Below are positions 24,190 through 37,440 of a stretch of 64,000 nt of DNA, piece by piece. The DNA is from Eledone cirrhosa (taxonomy: Eukaryota). Numbering within the stretch: the first letter of the stretch is position 1; every line of letters begins with the position of its first letter. Position numbers and translations under genes: made by a program. The stretch is from assembly GCA_964016885.1 (NCBI GenBank), contig OZ024762.1:5642001-5706000 (forward strand), given 5' to 3'. Below the pieces are notes generated by a model. That model did no database searches, was not told the DNA's origin, and saw only the letters and a program-made list of their open reading frames with translations.

Positions 24190-24890
24190 AGGGGCTGGGA
24201 TTAGTGGGGGGTATTAGTGGTGGGTCTTTGTGGGAATAAGAAGGGGCTTTAGTGGTGGACTTTAGTGGGACTAAGAGGAGTTATAGTGGTGGGTCTTTGT
24301 GGGACTAAGTGGGGTTTTAATGGTGGGTCTTTGGGGAACTAAGTGGAGTTTTAATGGTGGGTCTATGTGGAACTAAGTGGGGTTTTAATGGTGAGTCTTT
24401 GTGGAACTAAGTGGGGTTTTAATGGTGGGTCTTTGTGGAACTAATGGGGTTTTAATGGTGGGTCTTTGTGGGACTAAGTGGGGTTTTAGCGGTGGGCTTT
24501 TGTGTGAATGAGAGGAGTTTTAGTGGTGGGCTTTTGTGGGACCAATAGGGGCCTTAGTGGTGGGTCTTTGTGGGAATGAGTGGGGTTTTAGTGGGACATA
24601 GTGGGTACTGAGAGGGGTTTTAGAAGGGGATTTTAGGTGACTGAGTTGGGTTTTAGTGGGGGACTTTGTGGGATTGAGAGGGGTTTTTGCGGGGAGATTA
24701 GTGTAACATTGTGGGGACTGTGTGAATCTGTGGGATTGAGTGGGATTTTTTGACTTAATAGGGACTAAGGGAGACTGAGGCAGATCTTGTAGACTTAAGT
24801 GGGACTAATGGGACTGAGTAGGACTAAGTGGACTTAAGTAGGATGAAATGGGATTGAGTGGGATTTTGTGGAGCTAAGTAGGATTTTGTA
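24190..24890. repeat. Degenerate G-rich minisatellite (GGACTAAGTGGGGTTTTAATGGTGGGTCTTTGT)
   Basis: Recurrent tandem core. Confidence 0.8.
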
Positions 24891-25683
24891 GCAGAATTGT
24901 GAAGGTTTATTTCAACAGAAAGAAATGTTCTTATTTAACATTGGATTGCTATTTACTGAGCAGACCTATCATCACAACTTTTTCAACCATGACTATCCTG
25001 TATTTTCAGAGCTATCTTTGTTTAAGATGGTGGTGTCTGATTTGTGGAGATTTGACTGCTATTTTTACCAAGTCAAACGGCCATGGAGTATCCCTTCCAT
25101 AGTTGTTTGATGGTATTGGAGCTGCAGTGGCTTGTAACTTTGAAGCCAAACAGACAGATTCCTGATTTCTGAAAGGCTACATGGATTCTAAATACTTTCA
25201 ACCTATCCCAGTCATCCATAGATTATTTCTTCTCTCCTGCAGGTATCTCCCTTCCTCAATTTCAAAATGTCCTCTTCACATCGTTATTATTATTGTTGTT
25301 ATTATCATTCGCTGTTGCCACAACTTATATACTTCGACCCTGATTTTTGAAATACACCACGTTGGTCATTACGTTTCTCTCTCAGCGAAAATCATCCCTA
25401 ACCCCCGTCATCACCTCCCTTTTCTCTCATACATTCATTTCGATGTTTATGAAGCTAGGTTACACATATTTGCCTTGTCCAATATCCTTACTTGCACCGG
25501 CTTATTTCCCTCAAATTTCCTATGATGATATACGCTGTGATGGCTACCTATCTCACAATCCCCTATTCAACCAATCAAACCTCAACGCATTATCAGCCCC
25601 AAACAAACACTGCCATTACTACTACTACTACTACTGCACTCCTAGCCCTTACCAGCCCCAACAAACTCTGCCATTACTACTAG

Positions 25684-26359
25684 AAAACTTGCGTAGATTA
25701 GAAATAAACAAAGCTTGCATGCTCCAATGGATGTGTAATAGTAATAAACGTGAACGGCAAAGCATAATTGAGAAAGAGACTGAGCATAAGAGGAATCATG
25801 TGTGCAGGAGAGGAGATTGCGCTGGTATGGACATGTGATGTGTATGAAGGGTGACAGCTGCATAAAAAGGTGCAGAGCACTAGAAGTTGATGGAAGCCAT
25901 GGAGTGGGGAGACCCAAGAAGACCTGGGATGAGGTGATAAAAGCCGACCTTACCCAATTGTACCTCTCAAAGGTGATGACACTGGATTGTCACTTCTGGC
26001 GTCTCGCAGTAATACAGAAGACCCAACTTCCCACAGGTACAAGCCGAAGCTGAAGCATATGGACAATATGCCCCCACACCCTCCCACTGCAAAGTGGTCG
26101 TGGAGGTGCCACGGCAAAAAAAAACACCCAGCCCACACTGTAAAGCGGCCATGTAGGCGCAACGGAAAAAAAAAGCACCCAACACTCACTGTAAATGAGG
26201 TTGGTGTTAGGAAGGGCATCCAGCTGTAGAAATCAAGCCAGAATCAGTTCCCGTATGAGCAAGACATGGTCAGCCGACCGGGCACTGCCCAAAACAGGAC
26301 AACCCATCTAACCCATGCTAGCGTGGAAGAATGGACGTAAAACTGTGATGATGATGATA

Positions 26360-26362
<3 letters not shown>
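25684..26362 (+). mobile_element. 5'-truncated RTE copy (family of 1-1283)
   Basis: ENLRRLEINKACML..QERRLRWYGHVM...; same 3' UTR and (GAT)n tail. Confidence 0.9.
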
Positions 26363-26395
<33 letters not shown>

Positions 26396-26429
26396 ATTAC
26401 ACACCAGTACACTAAATATACACATATAT

Positions 26430-26586
26430 ATAAAAATCAGGTTGGATTCAGTTTGAAACTGATTAGACCATTACTCACCAGAGTGGGGACCCCAACAGCT
26501 GAGCTCTTGCCATTTCAACAGCTAGTTTCAGATCCTGGACCTAGCTGCTGAAATCGCAAGAGCTCAGCCATCGGGGTCCCGACACT

Positions 26587-26590
<4 letters not shown>
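26430..26590 (-). mobile_element. Diverged family A-related palindrome next to (TA)n
   Basis: GGGACCCC..CAGCTGAGCTCTTGC.ATTTCA.CAGCTAG...CTAGCTGCTGAAATCGCAAGAGCTCAGCCATCGGGGTCCC. Confidence 0.55.
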
Positions 26591-26623
<33 letters not shown>

Positions 26624-26795
26624 TCGTTTTTATGTCTTTTTTGCAATGCTTGCATGGGTTGGACAGATCCTGTATACACACACATACACACACACACCTA
26701 TATATATATATACACATATATACACATATATATATATATACACACATACACATTCACATATATGTACACATACACCAACCCACTCACATGCAGAG

Positions 26796-26830
<35 letters not shown>

Positions 26831-27218
26831 GACAACTAAAGAACCAATACAATAGAAAACGTATAAAACAAAAATAAAAAATAAAAAAAAATGAAGAAAT
26901 TCATTAAAATGTTGTAATGTCTGGTTGTGGGATGTTTAGATTGGGTTACTATGGTAACAACTGGGAGAGTGGAAGGGGAGTGTGAGAGAGAGAGGGCAGG
27001 GGCAAAACAGAAAAAGGAAAGAAAGAAAGAAAGAAAAAAAGAAAAAAAGAGAAAAAAGAAAAGAGATAGGGAAGGAAAACAGAAACAAAGAAAGAATGAA
27101 ACAGAAGATAAAAAGGATAGGAGAGGGAGAAGGAGAAAGAGAGGGAGAGAGAGAGATGGAGAGGGAGCGAGAAGCAAGTGAAACCAACATCAAAGAGAAG
27201 TGAATTAGCGTGGAGGTT

Positions 27219-27483
27219 ATTATATCACAGACTGATGTGGACAGTAGATGGTACTTAGAATTGGTAGACCTAGTCAACCTAGCTACATTATATCACAGAC
27301 TGATGTGGACAGTAGATGGTACTTAGAATTGGAAGACCTAGTCAACCTAGCTACATTATATCACAGACTGATGTGGACAGTAGATGGTACTTAGAATTGG
27401 AAGACCTAGTCAACCTAGCTACATTATATCACAGACTGATGTGGACAGTAGATGGTACTTAGAATTGGTAGACCTAGTCAACC
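27219..27483. repeat. 68-bp tandem repeat, about 4 copies
   Basis: TATATCACAGACTGATGTGG starts at 27221, 27289, 27357 and 27425. Confidence 0.92.
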
Positions 27484-27596
27484 CACATTGAATGTTACAC
27501 AAAGATTCAATGTTATATATGCATACATACATGTCTACGACTCCCCTAAGTATTTCTTAAGAAAACCCTCACCCACCACCCATCCAGGTGAACTTG

Positions 27597-27790
27597 TGGT
27601 GGATTGGCAGTATCGGTAGAGAGTCGGACACCATGCTTTGAAGCATAGAGTTACGTCCCTTTATGATCTGAGTTCAAATCCCGCCGAGGTTAACTTTGCC
27701 TTTCATCCTTACGGGATCGATAAAATAAAGTACCAGTAATGTACTGGGTAATTGCTGGCCTTGTGTCAAAAGTAAAAAACAATTATTATT
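27597..27790 (+). mobile_element. tRNA/Nin-type SINE
   Basis: Same family as 16864-17053; further copies or fragments near 15375-15615, 28768-28885, 35050-35195, 37458-37622, 44236-44278 and 44442-44548. Confidence 0.85.
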
Positions 27791-27859
27791 CCCAGTGCTG
27801 TGTCCATCCTGCTGGAGTTCAACACACACTGGGTTGGACATGTCATCCATGTTGAGGAC

Positions 27860-28363
27860 ATATGGCCAAGTGGTTAGGATATTAGACTTACATTCATAAT
27901 GTCATTGGGTTGTGTGCTGTGCTCTTGAGCAAAACAATTCATTCCATGTTTCTCCAGTATACTCAGCTGAAAATAAGTACCAGCAGTAGCTGGAGGTTTA
28001 ACCCTGTGATGGACTGGTGTCCTGTCCAGGGGCAAGTCTTGTACTTTGAGTCACTTAACGCCATAGAAACCAAAACCAGGATAAGCACTGGCTTAATGAG
28101 TCTCTGGGCTTGAGACAGACTTTAACCCTGTGATGGACTGGCATTCTGTCCAGAGGGAAGTCTTGTACTTTGAGTCACTTAACGCCATAGAAACCAAAAC
28201 CAGGATAAGCACTGGCTTAATGATTCTCTGGGCTTGAGACAGACTTTAACCCTGTGATGGACTGGCATTCTGTCCAGAGGGAAGTCTTGTACTTTGAGTC
28301 ACTTAACGCCATAGAAACCTAAACCAGGATAAGCACTGGCTTAATGAGTCTCTGGGCTTGAGA
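27860..28363 (+). mobile_element. tRNA-derived SINE (third family) with its 3' 124 bp tandemly triplicated
   Basis: Homologous to 62257-62533; TTAACCCTGTGATGGACTGG at 27998, 28122 and 28246. Confidence 0.8.
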
Positions 28364-28364
28364 C

Positions 28365-29180
28365 ATCGAAAATGCATTGGTGTGAAGGGATTATTAAATA
28401 AAGCAGCTGATACATTTAAGTGTAGAATGAATCTGGAAGGAGCTACAGATGGAGAGGATGTTGAGTTGGATATTAGAAATGGTGTGAAGATGGAAAGTGT
28501 GAAAATGTTACCTTGGCGATATGTTGAATAGAGAGGGTGGATCAGACTCTGTGACAGTATCTAGAGTGAGATGTGCATGGGTTGGAGTGGTGTGCTAATG
28601 AGGATGGGAGTGTCACTGAATGGAAAGTTATATGTTGCATGTATGAGAAATGTCATGATTTATGGAAACAAGACATGAGTGACGAACATGGAGCAACAGA
28701 GAAGGCTGGAAAGAACGGAAATGAGAAAGGTCTAGTGGTTGAATGGGGTGAAAGAGAGGAAGACAAATAATTGTTTCTACTTTTGGCACCAGGCCAGCAA
28801 TTATCCCAGTGCATTACTGGTACTTTATTTTATCGACCCCGTAAGGGTGAAAGGCAAAGTTAATCTCGGCGGGATTTGAACTCAATGAATTACAGAAGAT
28901 GAATGGAATAGAATTAGTGATGAATGTTGTGAAGAGAAATGGAATGAGATGGTTGGGTCATGTGTTGAGGAAGGATGTCTTAGTGGGAGGAATGATGGGA
29001 ATGAAAGTGGATAGAAATAGGAGAAAACCAAGAAAAACATGGCTAAAGATGGCAGAGAAGGAAATGAAAGCCATGGTGTTGGTAGAGGGGGGATGCAAAC
29101 AATAAGGAAAAGTGAAGAAAGCTGTTGTGGGGCACATAAGGTTAACCCCTATTTTAGCAGGGAAGATGGATTAATTACAT
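28365..29180 (+). pseudogene. Heavily decayed RTE 3' fragment containing a SINE insertion
   Basis: MRWLGHVLRKD...RRKPRKTW motifs; many stops. Confidence 0.6.
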
Positions 29181-29588
29181 GTTGTTGTGTGTCTGTGTCT
29201 GCATCTGTCTGTGGTTTTGTCCCGTCATTTTTCAGTCCAACAAAAAAGATATCGATAAAATAAGTAATAGACTTAAAAATACTTCAATAAATACTGAGGT
29301 TAATAAGATGATTGAGTGAAATTCTTTTAAGATGGTGGCCCAACATGGCCGCTGTCTACTGATTGAAACCAATAGAAGAATAAAAGAATAAATGACTAGA
29401 AGAATAAAAAGAAAATCAGCAATTATCAGAGATGAAGCACTGTGAACAATGGTGGACAGGAAGTGAGAAGTAGGCAAACAGGAAGTGACATACACCGAGA
29501 GGAAATATGTGGGAGAGAAGTGTTGTGTAGTGATGTCTATGTAGGTGTGTGTGTGTTATGTATTTGTGATGTATATGTGTATATGTAT

Positions 29589-30175
29589 ATAAGAGGAATC
29601 AAATGCTGTGTGCAGGAGAGGAGATTGCGTTGGTATGGACATGTGATGTGTATGAAGGATGACAGCTGCATAAAAAGGTGCAGAGCACGAGAAGTTGATG
29701 GAAACTGCGGAGTGGGGAGACCCAAGAAGACCTGGGATAAGGTGATAAAAGCCGAGCTTACCCAATTACACCTCTCAAAGGCGATGACACACGACCGTAA
29801 CCTCTGGCATCACACAGTAATACAGAAGACCCCCCCCCCCCCCCCATGGGTACAAGCCGAAGCTGAAGCATATAGACAATATGCCCCCACACCCTCCCAC
29901 TGCAAAGTGGTCGTGGAGGTGCCACGGATAAAAAAAGCACCCAGCCCTCACTGTAAAGTGGGGGTGTAGGCACCATGGATAAAAAGCACCCAGCACTCAC
30001 TGTAAATGAGGTTGGTGTTAGGAAGGGCAACCAGCTGTAGAAATCAAGCCAAAATCAGTTCCCGTATGAGCAAGGCATGGTCTGCCGACCGGACACTGCC
30101 CACAACAACAGGACAACCCGTCTAACCCATGCTAGGGTGGAAGAACGGACGTAAAACGGTGATGATGATGATGAT
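29589..30175 (+). mobile_element. 5'-truncated RTE copy (family of 1-1283)
   Basis: IRGIKCCVQERRLRWYGHVM..., identical-type 3' UTR and tail. Confidence 0.9.
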
Positions 30176-30229
30176 ATATTGTCTTTATATATTTGTTTAT
30201 TTATGAGTGTTGTGTTGCCACCATCTCAG

Positions 30230-30611
30230 TCCATAAACTATAATAAGCAGGACTACATACTCCATGTTAGTTGTATGTATCCAACAGTGATATGGGATCA
30301 CATGTAACATGAAGTAGGGGACAACAGGCCTAAACAACCTAGAGAATTTAGGGGTCAACAGGCCGAATTTAGGGGTCAACAGGCTGTCTGTATGCAGTCG
30401 ATACATTTCAACAGTTTCCATCCAATTTTGTTCAAATTTGATATATAGGTTATTTAGGCCCCAGGGTATGTCAACATATAGTTTAAATCTTGCTCCCCCT
30501 AAAATAGCAGCGTTATTGGGCTATTTAAAGACGGCCATGTTCAGGAGAGAGAGGGTGGGGTCTTTATTTACAGTGGCGAAAGGCGTGCCCAGCAACGGGC
30601 TCGTTTGCTAG
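30230..30611 (+). mobile_element. Helitron-like non-autonomous element
   Basis: CATCCAATTTTGTTCAAATTTG internal motif; 3' end GCCCAGCAACGGGCTCGTTTGCTAG|T (hairpin plus CTAG). Confidence 0.6.
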
Positions 30612-32454
30612 TATAAAATAAATCATAGTGTTGATATTTTATACGTCAAAGTCATTATCACCATCATCACCATCAATATCATCATCATCACCATCATCAC
30701 CATCATCACCATCAATATCATCATCACCATCATCAACACCATCATCACCATCATCATCACCACCATCAACATCATCATCATCATCACCATCATCACCATT
30801 AACATCACCATCATCACCAGCATCACCATCAACATCAACATCACCATTATGACTGCCATCTTCATCATCACCATCATCACCATCATCACCATCATCAGCA
30901 CTATTCCCATCATCATCATCATCATCATTTGTTTTTCCATGCTGCCATGGAATTGTAAATGAATACATACACACACATATTTACACACATACATACATAC
31001 ACAAACATACATACATACACACTCATACACACCCATATACATGCGTGTGTCTGTCTATCTGATTGGCTGTATGTATGTATGTATGTATGTATGCATACAT
31101 ATATACATACATACACATACAGACACACACACACTCACACACAGCTGCTGTTTGGTTCAGTGCTGACAGAGAGCTCAACTTCCAGTAAACAAACACACAC
31201 ACATACACACAGATACACACACTCACACACTTACACACTCACACACATACTTACACACACATACTTACACACACACTTACACACACACACACTTACTTAC
31301 ACACTTACACACTTACAGACATACTTACACACTTACACACTTACACACTTACTTACACACACTTACACACACACACACAGTTACACACACACACATACTT
31401 ACACACTTACTTACACACACACACACACTTATACACACACACATACTTACACACACACACACACTTCAACACACACTTTCAAGGTGGTTGATTTTATCTA
31501 ATCAAGGCTCGGAAATTGGAAATTAATGACACGATGACGTAACTGACTTATCTCCATTGCTATTGGTGGGTAACGTTACTACCACCACCACCACTATCAC
31601 TACTACTACCACTACTACCACTACCACTACTACCACCACTACTACCACCACTACCACTACTACTACCACTACTACCACCACTACTACTACCACTACTACC
31701 ACCACTACTACTACCACTACTACCACTACCACCACCACTACTACTACCACTACCACTACTACTACCACTACTACTACCACTACTACCATTACTACCACCA
31801 CTACTACCACCACTACCACTACTACCACCACTACTACTACCACTACCACCACTACTACCACCACTACCACTACTACCACCACTACTACTACCACTACCAC
31901 CACTAATACCACTACTACCACCACTACTACCACCCCTACCACTACTACTACCACTACTACCACCACTACTACCACCACTACTACTACCACTACTACTACC
32001 ACCACTACTACTACCACCACTACTACTACCACCACTACTACTACCACTACTACCACCACTACTACTACTACCACCACTACTACTATCACTACCACCACCA
32101 CCACCACCACCACCACTACTACTACTACCACTACTACTACCACCACTACAACTACTACCACTACTACCAATACTACCATTACTACTACCACTACCACTAC
32201 TACTACCATTACCACTACTACCACTACTACTACTACTACAACAACAACAGACATATCTCCATTGCTATTGGTGGATAACGTTAAAACAACTACGACTACA
32301 ATAGCAACAACAACAACAACAATAACAATGATAACAACAACGATAACAGCAGCAGCAGCAGCAACAACAGCAGCAACAATGACAACAACAACAATATGAC
32401 AGGAATGAGGATTTCATACAAATGAAACAGTTCTAGTCCTGTAGAAGTCATTTC

Positions 32455-32526
<72 letters not shown>

Positions 32527-32528
<2 letters not shown>

Positions 32529-32723
32529 CGAAGGAATTGTAGTAAGGAACCAGATGGACCATAACACACCAAAGTACTCAATACTTAGGGTAGTAGAGTG
32601 GGTAATATGAACGGGTAGGACCCCGACGGCTGAGCTCAAGCCGTTTCGACGGCTATTTCTGGAAATAGTCCAGAAATAGCCGTCGAAACAGCTTGAGCTC
32701 AGCCGTCGGGGTCCTACTTGTTC

Positions 32724-32725
<2 letters not shown>
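32527..32725 (-). mobile_element. Family A palindromic remnant
   Basis: Homologous to 3731-3962; flanked by (TA)n. Confidence 0.7.
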
Positions 32726-32786
<61 letters not shown>

Positions 32787-32789
<3 letters not shown>

Positions 32790-32947
32790 CGGGTAGGACC
32801 CCGACGGCTGAGCTCAAGCCGTTTCGACGGCTATTTCTGGACTCAGCCGTTGGGGTCTTACTTGTTCATATTACCCACTCTACTACCCTAAGTATTGAGT
32901 ACTTTGGTGCGTTATGGTCCATCTGGTTCCTTACCACATTTCCTTTG

Positions 32948-32949
<2 letters not shown>
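32787..32949 (+). mobile_element. Family A palindromic remnant (opposite orientation)
   Basis: Short arm GAACGGGTAGGACCCCGACGGCTGAG, then long arm with TTGAGTACT tail; flanked by (TA)n. Confidence 0.7.
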
Positions 32950-32997
<48 letters not shown>

Positions 32998-33151
32998 AGC
33001 GAGTGTAACTTGGAGTTACTGTAGGTTCACCCGAGTGAGCACTCGATGTCTAGGTTCACTCCAGTGTCGAGGTGTAGAGCTAGACAGAGTGTATTATAGT
33101 GAAAAAAAGATAACAAGGACGATTGGTTACTCCTTCATTACATTTATTAGT

Positions 33152-33238
33152 AGGTGACACGTGTTTCGCCACTGTTCGGCTCAAGGTTCGATCTGTATCG
33201 ACCTGACCTGACTCTGTAATCCACGGCTCGTCAGACCC
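33152..33238 (-). ncRNA. Type I hammerhead ribozyme with enlarged stem II loop
   Basis: GGGT-CTGACGA-GCC[about 55 nt]GGC-GAAA-CACGTG-TC|ACCT: intact core, GUC cleavage triplet, palindromic stem III. Confidence 0.8.
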
Positions 33239-33777
33239 CTTATAATGGTAATGGACGAATAAATATACATGCCGTCTGATAGTGTCAGATGTTCCTATGG
33301 TGGTCAGTGAAGTTTGTTTTGACTGGTGGTTTAATTCATAGGGATGTGTTTTGCCTATAGTGTATGTGGGAGGGGGTGGGTGTGGTGATAAGTTGGTGGG
33401 GTTGGGTCGAAGTGGGTGGCGGTGTGGGGGTGCTGGTTGTCGGTAGACAGTTTGGCTTGTAGATGTGGCTGATTTTTGTGTGTGGTGTGGTGTGGTGTGC
33501 GTGTGGTGTGCGTGTGGTGTGGTGTGGTGTGCGTGTGGTGTGGTGTGGTGTGGTGTTGTTGTTTGTGATAAGGATGAACGGTTGCAGTGTTTGTGGTGGT
33601 GTGATGATTGTGGTCGTGGGTTGTTAAGGGGGCCCAATTCTATAAGGAGATACATATATACACACACGCAGCCTGGCAAATATATTATATATACATACAC
33701 GTGTGTATATATATATAGCCTATGGGGATGGTGGTTGTAAAAACATACTTACACACAGACACACACACATGCGTTGT

Positions 33778-34530
33778 TTAGGGTGGGATGATAGGCGTGG
33801 TATGTGTTGGAGGTGTGGCGATGTGTTTGGTGGTGGTGTGTCTGCAGTTTATTTTGCCTTTCATCCTTACAGGGTCGATAAAATAAAGTACCAGTAATAC
33901 ACTGGGTAATTGATGGCCTTGTGCCAAATGTAGAAACAATTATTATGTCTGGTTTGGCAGTATCGGTAGAGGGTCGGACAACATGCTTTGTAGCACAGAG
34001 TTACGCCCCTTTCTGATCTGAGTTCAAATCCTGCTGAGGTTAACTTTGCTTTTCATCCTTACAGGGTCGATAAAATAAAGTACCAGTAATGTACTGGGTA
34101 ATTGCTGGCCTTGTGCCAAAAACTAGAAACAATTATTATGTCAGATCTTGAGTTTATGGCTGATTTCAATTTAATGATCTCAGCTGCCTCAGCCAGGCAT
34201 AACCTGCAGTGGTTTCTGTCGTTGGGGAGTTGGGCCACGCGTCTTTTAACTGACCATTTGATCTGGTATTCCATGTTCTTGTCTTTGAGGTCCCAGATCA
34301 AGTCCTCCAGTCTTGTTTGGGAGCGTTTTTACCTGTGTCTGAAGGAGCTTTTGTGGTTATGTCAGCACTCCTTGAACGTAGTCGAGGTCGCCCCTATATA
34401 GGAGAACTCTTTTCTGCCAGCTGTGACATCGCACCGGTAAATAATGTTTTTAACGAGGCACTTCCTGTTCAATGGGCATTCTACCCGCTTTTTGCAGTTG
34501 CAGTTGGGGGTTATGGGTTTGTTGTTAGGT
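33778..34530 (-). pseudogene. PLE GIY-YIG endonuclease domain, inactivated
   Basis: CNCKKRVECPLNRKCLVKNIIYRCDVTAGRKEFSYIGATSTTFKEC*HNHKSSFRHR*...IWDLKDKNMEYQIKWSV...CRLCLAE...INSRSDI, then the SINE, then INCRH...; two stops. Confidence 0.85.
33853..34138 (+). mobile_element. tRNA/Nin-type SINE, partial plus full tandem copy, inserted in the PLE ORF
   Basis: TTTGCCTTTCATCCTTACAGGGTCGATAAAATAAAGTACCAG-type core occurs twice; A and B boxes in the second copy. Confidence 0.85.
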
Positions 34531-34544
34531 TAACATCACACTTT

Positions 34545-34872
34545 ACAGTGAACTCTCCACTGGTCATCATGACATGAAGGAAGTGATACAAGGATTATTT
34601 GAAAAATTCTCTTGGTGCCTGTCACATGGACCATCACGCCTGGCATCTTACAATCAACCATGCTGTCTCCTCCTTCGAAAACACCCACAGAGCTACTCTC
34701 AAGGACAAAAGGCACAGGGGGAAGAACCACAACATCAAGTCATCAAACTCTGACCAAACCTGCAGCTACAGCTGTCCCTGCCTGTCCCACATTGATTGGA
34801 ACAGCCACGAGCATGCCTGCAGTCAATGTGGACCACCAACTTCATAATCATGATGATGATGATGATGATGAT
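34545..34872 (+). mobile_element. RTE-like 3' end with decayed zinc finger and (GAT)n tail
   Basis: W..TINHAVSSFE...TCSYSCPCLSHIDWNSHEHACS, then GAT repeats. Confidence 0.55.
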
Positions 34873-35424
34873 ATATGTATGGTCTCATAACTCCCGAGAG
34901 AGTTGTAGAGTGCTGTAGTGACATACAGCATTTCTAGGGGATTTTAAACCTTGTGGAGCCCATCCCCTCCCCAGGTCTGAACACAGTTGATTATTTCCAT
35001 AGAAGGAGAGAGAGAGAGAATGGAAGTAAGCAAGAGATATAGAGAAAGAATCGATCCCAGTATGAGACTGGTACTTTTTTAATGACCTCAAATGGATGAA
35101 AGACGAAGTCGACCTTCGTGGGAATGAAACTCAGAGAGCAGTGAGCTGGAACGAACACTACAAAGCATTCTAACGATTCTGCCAATTAACCACCTTTGTG
35201 TGTAGGTAACAGTAGGTAAATACATAGAAATGTATAAAAAAAGGATTAAAAATCAATAAACAATTCACAACACATGAATTTGATTACACCAATTCATTAT
35301 ATTGATCATAATCAAATTATCTAAATATAACATTAACCCCTTTTGATCCCAACACCGCTCTGGTTCTATGAAACAAAATCATCCATTTAAAAGATTCCTA
35401 TTTAAATTAATGTCTTCTGTGAAT

Positions 35425-35810
35425 ACAAGTGGCTGAAATAGGGCTCTTCCAAAGGGTTTTTGCAGCAAGATTACTCAATAGAGTGTATAGCTCAGAGATC
35501 AGAGAGTCACTCCAGGTAGAGTCACTTCTCTCAATTAAGAGATCACAGCTCCGATATTACAGACATGTGGTTAGAATGTCTCAGGAAAAAAAATCACTGG
35601 ACAGATCTTATGGGCAAAACTAAGCAGCAGGAGATCCAGGGGTAGATCTCGATCAAGATGGTTGAATAACATCCATGAACTTGGCTGGTCTTTCTTGGGG
35701 GTCCAGCTGAATAAACTGGAAACAGTTGCTTCTGACAGGACCTGCTGGAAGGAGTGTTTGAGGACTATTCCCATATGACTCTCTCAGGAATAATTGGACA
35801 AAGAAGAAGT
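35425..35810 (+). pseudogene. RTE LINE 3' fragment
   Basis: AEIGLFQRV...SSEIRESLQVESLLSIKRSQLRYYRHVVRM; GRSRSRW downstream. Confidence 0.75.
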
Positions 35811-37406
35811 CTTCCAACATAATCTTAATAAAGAACTATATATAAAAATGCAAGTCCAAAGAACCATTAGATAAAATATACACAGTATTTCCTCTCCTAA
35901 CCAGTGTAAATTAACCACATAAAAAATCATTTAAACGAGGCTATAAGTTTAAAATGTACTTATGAAGAAATAATAGACAAATGATACAGATTATTTTCCG
36001 CGATGTGCAGCCATATGTCACTTATCTAATTATTTCTTCTAGCCTGTAGAAATTGACTAGACAAATAGTTAACTACACGGAATTAGGTACAAAATAGAAG
36101 TTTGAAGAAAAAATGCACATAAATTTTACCAAAATTCTAATCTCGACCACCGGTGATTTCGTTCCACTTTTTGGATATACCCGATCTTGGATACATCCAC
36201 GGGGCCTGGAACTCTTCAGGAGATACCTCAGACTCGACTAAGTTTCTTCTACCATGATCTCCGCCAGAAATGAATTCAAAATGGTTAAGAACTATCACGT
36301 GGCTAGTGGTCAAGGCAGAAAGTTTGTGATTGGTGCCTGTCGGTGAGTAGGCTGGTTGCTAGAAAGCGCAGCCCAATACTGCCTAAAGTTTCACTCAACC
36401 TTACGGGAGTATATATTAAATTAAGTTATTATCTTAGTAATAAAATAATTGCAGACGGCAATTTTGCCTTTCCCTTTTTGAGGTTGATAAAAAAAGTACC
36501 AGTTTAGTACCGGGATCTATTCTTCCTCTCACTCCCTCCCTCGATCTCTCCCTCTCCTTCTCTAGAAGAAATTGGCTGTGTTCAGATCTGGAGAGGGGAT
36601 GGAAAATACCAAGGTAAGTAAAAAAGTATCAGTCAAGTACTGGGGGGGGGGGGGGGGGGGGGGGGCTGAGGGGGGGGGGGGGGGGTCGATTCTTTATCTA
36701 TATCTCTCTCTTTCTCACTTCCTCTCTCTCTCAACTTCTCTGAAAGGGAAGAAATTGGTTGTGCTGAGAGCTGGAGAGAAGATGGGCTCTGTCAGGTTTT
36801 AAAATGCCCAAGACACATTAAATATTGGTGGTGGTAGTGGGAGGGGTTAGTAGTGGTGGTGGTGGTGGTGGTTGTGGTGGTAGTGGTGGTGGTGATGGTG
36901 GTTGTGGTGGTGGTAGTGTGTGTGTGGGAGGGGGGTAGTAGTAGTGGTGGTGGTGGTTGTGGTGGTGATAGTGTTGGTGGTGGTGGTGGTAGTAGTGGTG
37001 GTTGTGGTGGTGATAGTGGCGGTAGTGGTGGTGGTGGTAGTAGTAGTAGTTGGGGTAGTGGTGGTAGTAGTAACAGGGGTGGTGGTGGTAGTAGTAACAG
37101 GGGTGATGGTGGTGGTGGTAGTAGTAGTATGGGTGGTGGTGGTGGTGGTAGTAGTAGTATGGGTGGGGGTGGTGGTGGTGGTGGTAGTAGTAGTATGGGT
37201 GGGGGTGATGGTGGTGGGGAAGTGGGGTGATATAGATAAAAGGTGTGAGAAAAATCAATCAATAAACTCAATCAAATTTATTGATGACTCACCGAATCTC
37301 ATTTCTGACATATTTTAACTGTCTTCTCTCCCTCTCTCTCTTCTCCCACTCTCTCCCTTCTCTCTCTTCTCCCACTCTCTCTCTCTTGTTGGTGTGTGTG
37401 TGTATA

Positions 37407-37440
<34 letters not shown>

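Larger units (their letters stand above)
32996..34532 (-). mobile_element. Neptune-type Penelope-like retroelement, 3' portion
   Basis: GIY-YIG remnant, then 3' UTR, hammerhead (33152-33238), TCGAGTGCTC (33037-33046) and (TA)n; interrupted by tandem SINEs at about 33853-34138. Confidence 0.85.

Noticed and set aside
25085-25165. LFDGIGAA peptide resembling DNA methyltransferase motif I
   Set aside because: It is bracketed by stops with no other motifs; the minus strand looks more like a decayed RTE C-terminus.
31557-32399. Mucin-like poly-Thr ORF that might belong to the membrane protein
   Set aside because: It is on the opposite strand to the TM exon, is pure (ACT/ACC)n, and has no convincing splice sites.
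34355-34370. In-frame TGA in the GIY-YIG remnant as possible selenocysteine
   Set aside because: It falls at a non-Cys position (normally aromatic in the R-Y/W-x-x-H motif), and a TAA stop and a SINE insertion also disrupt the ORF.
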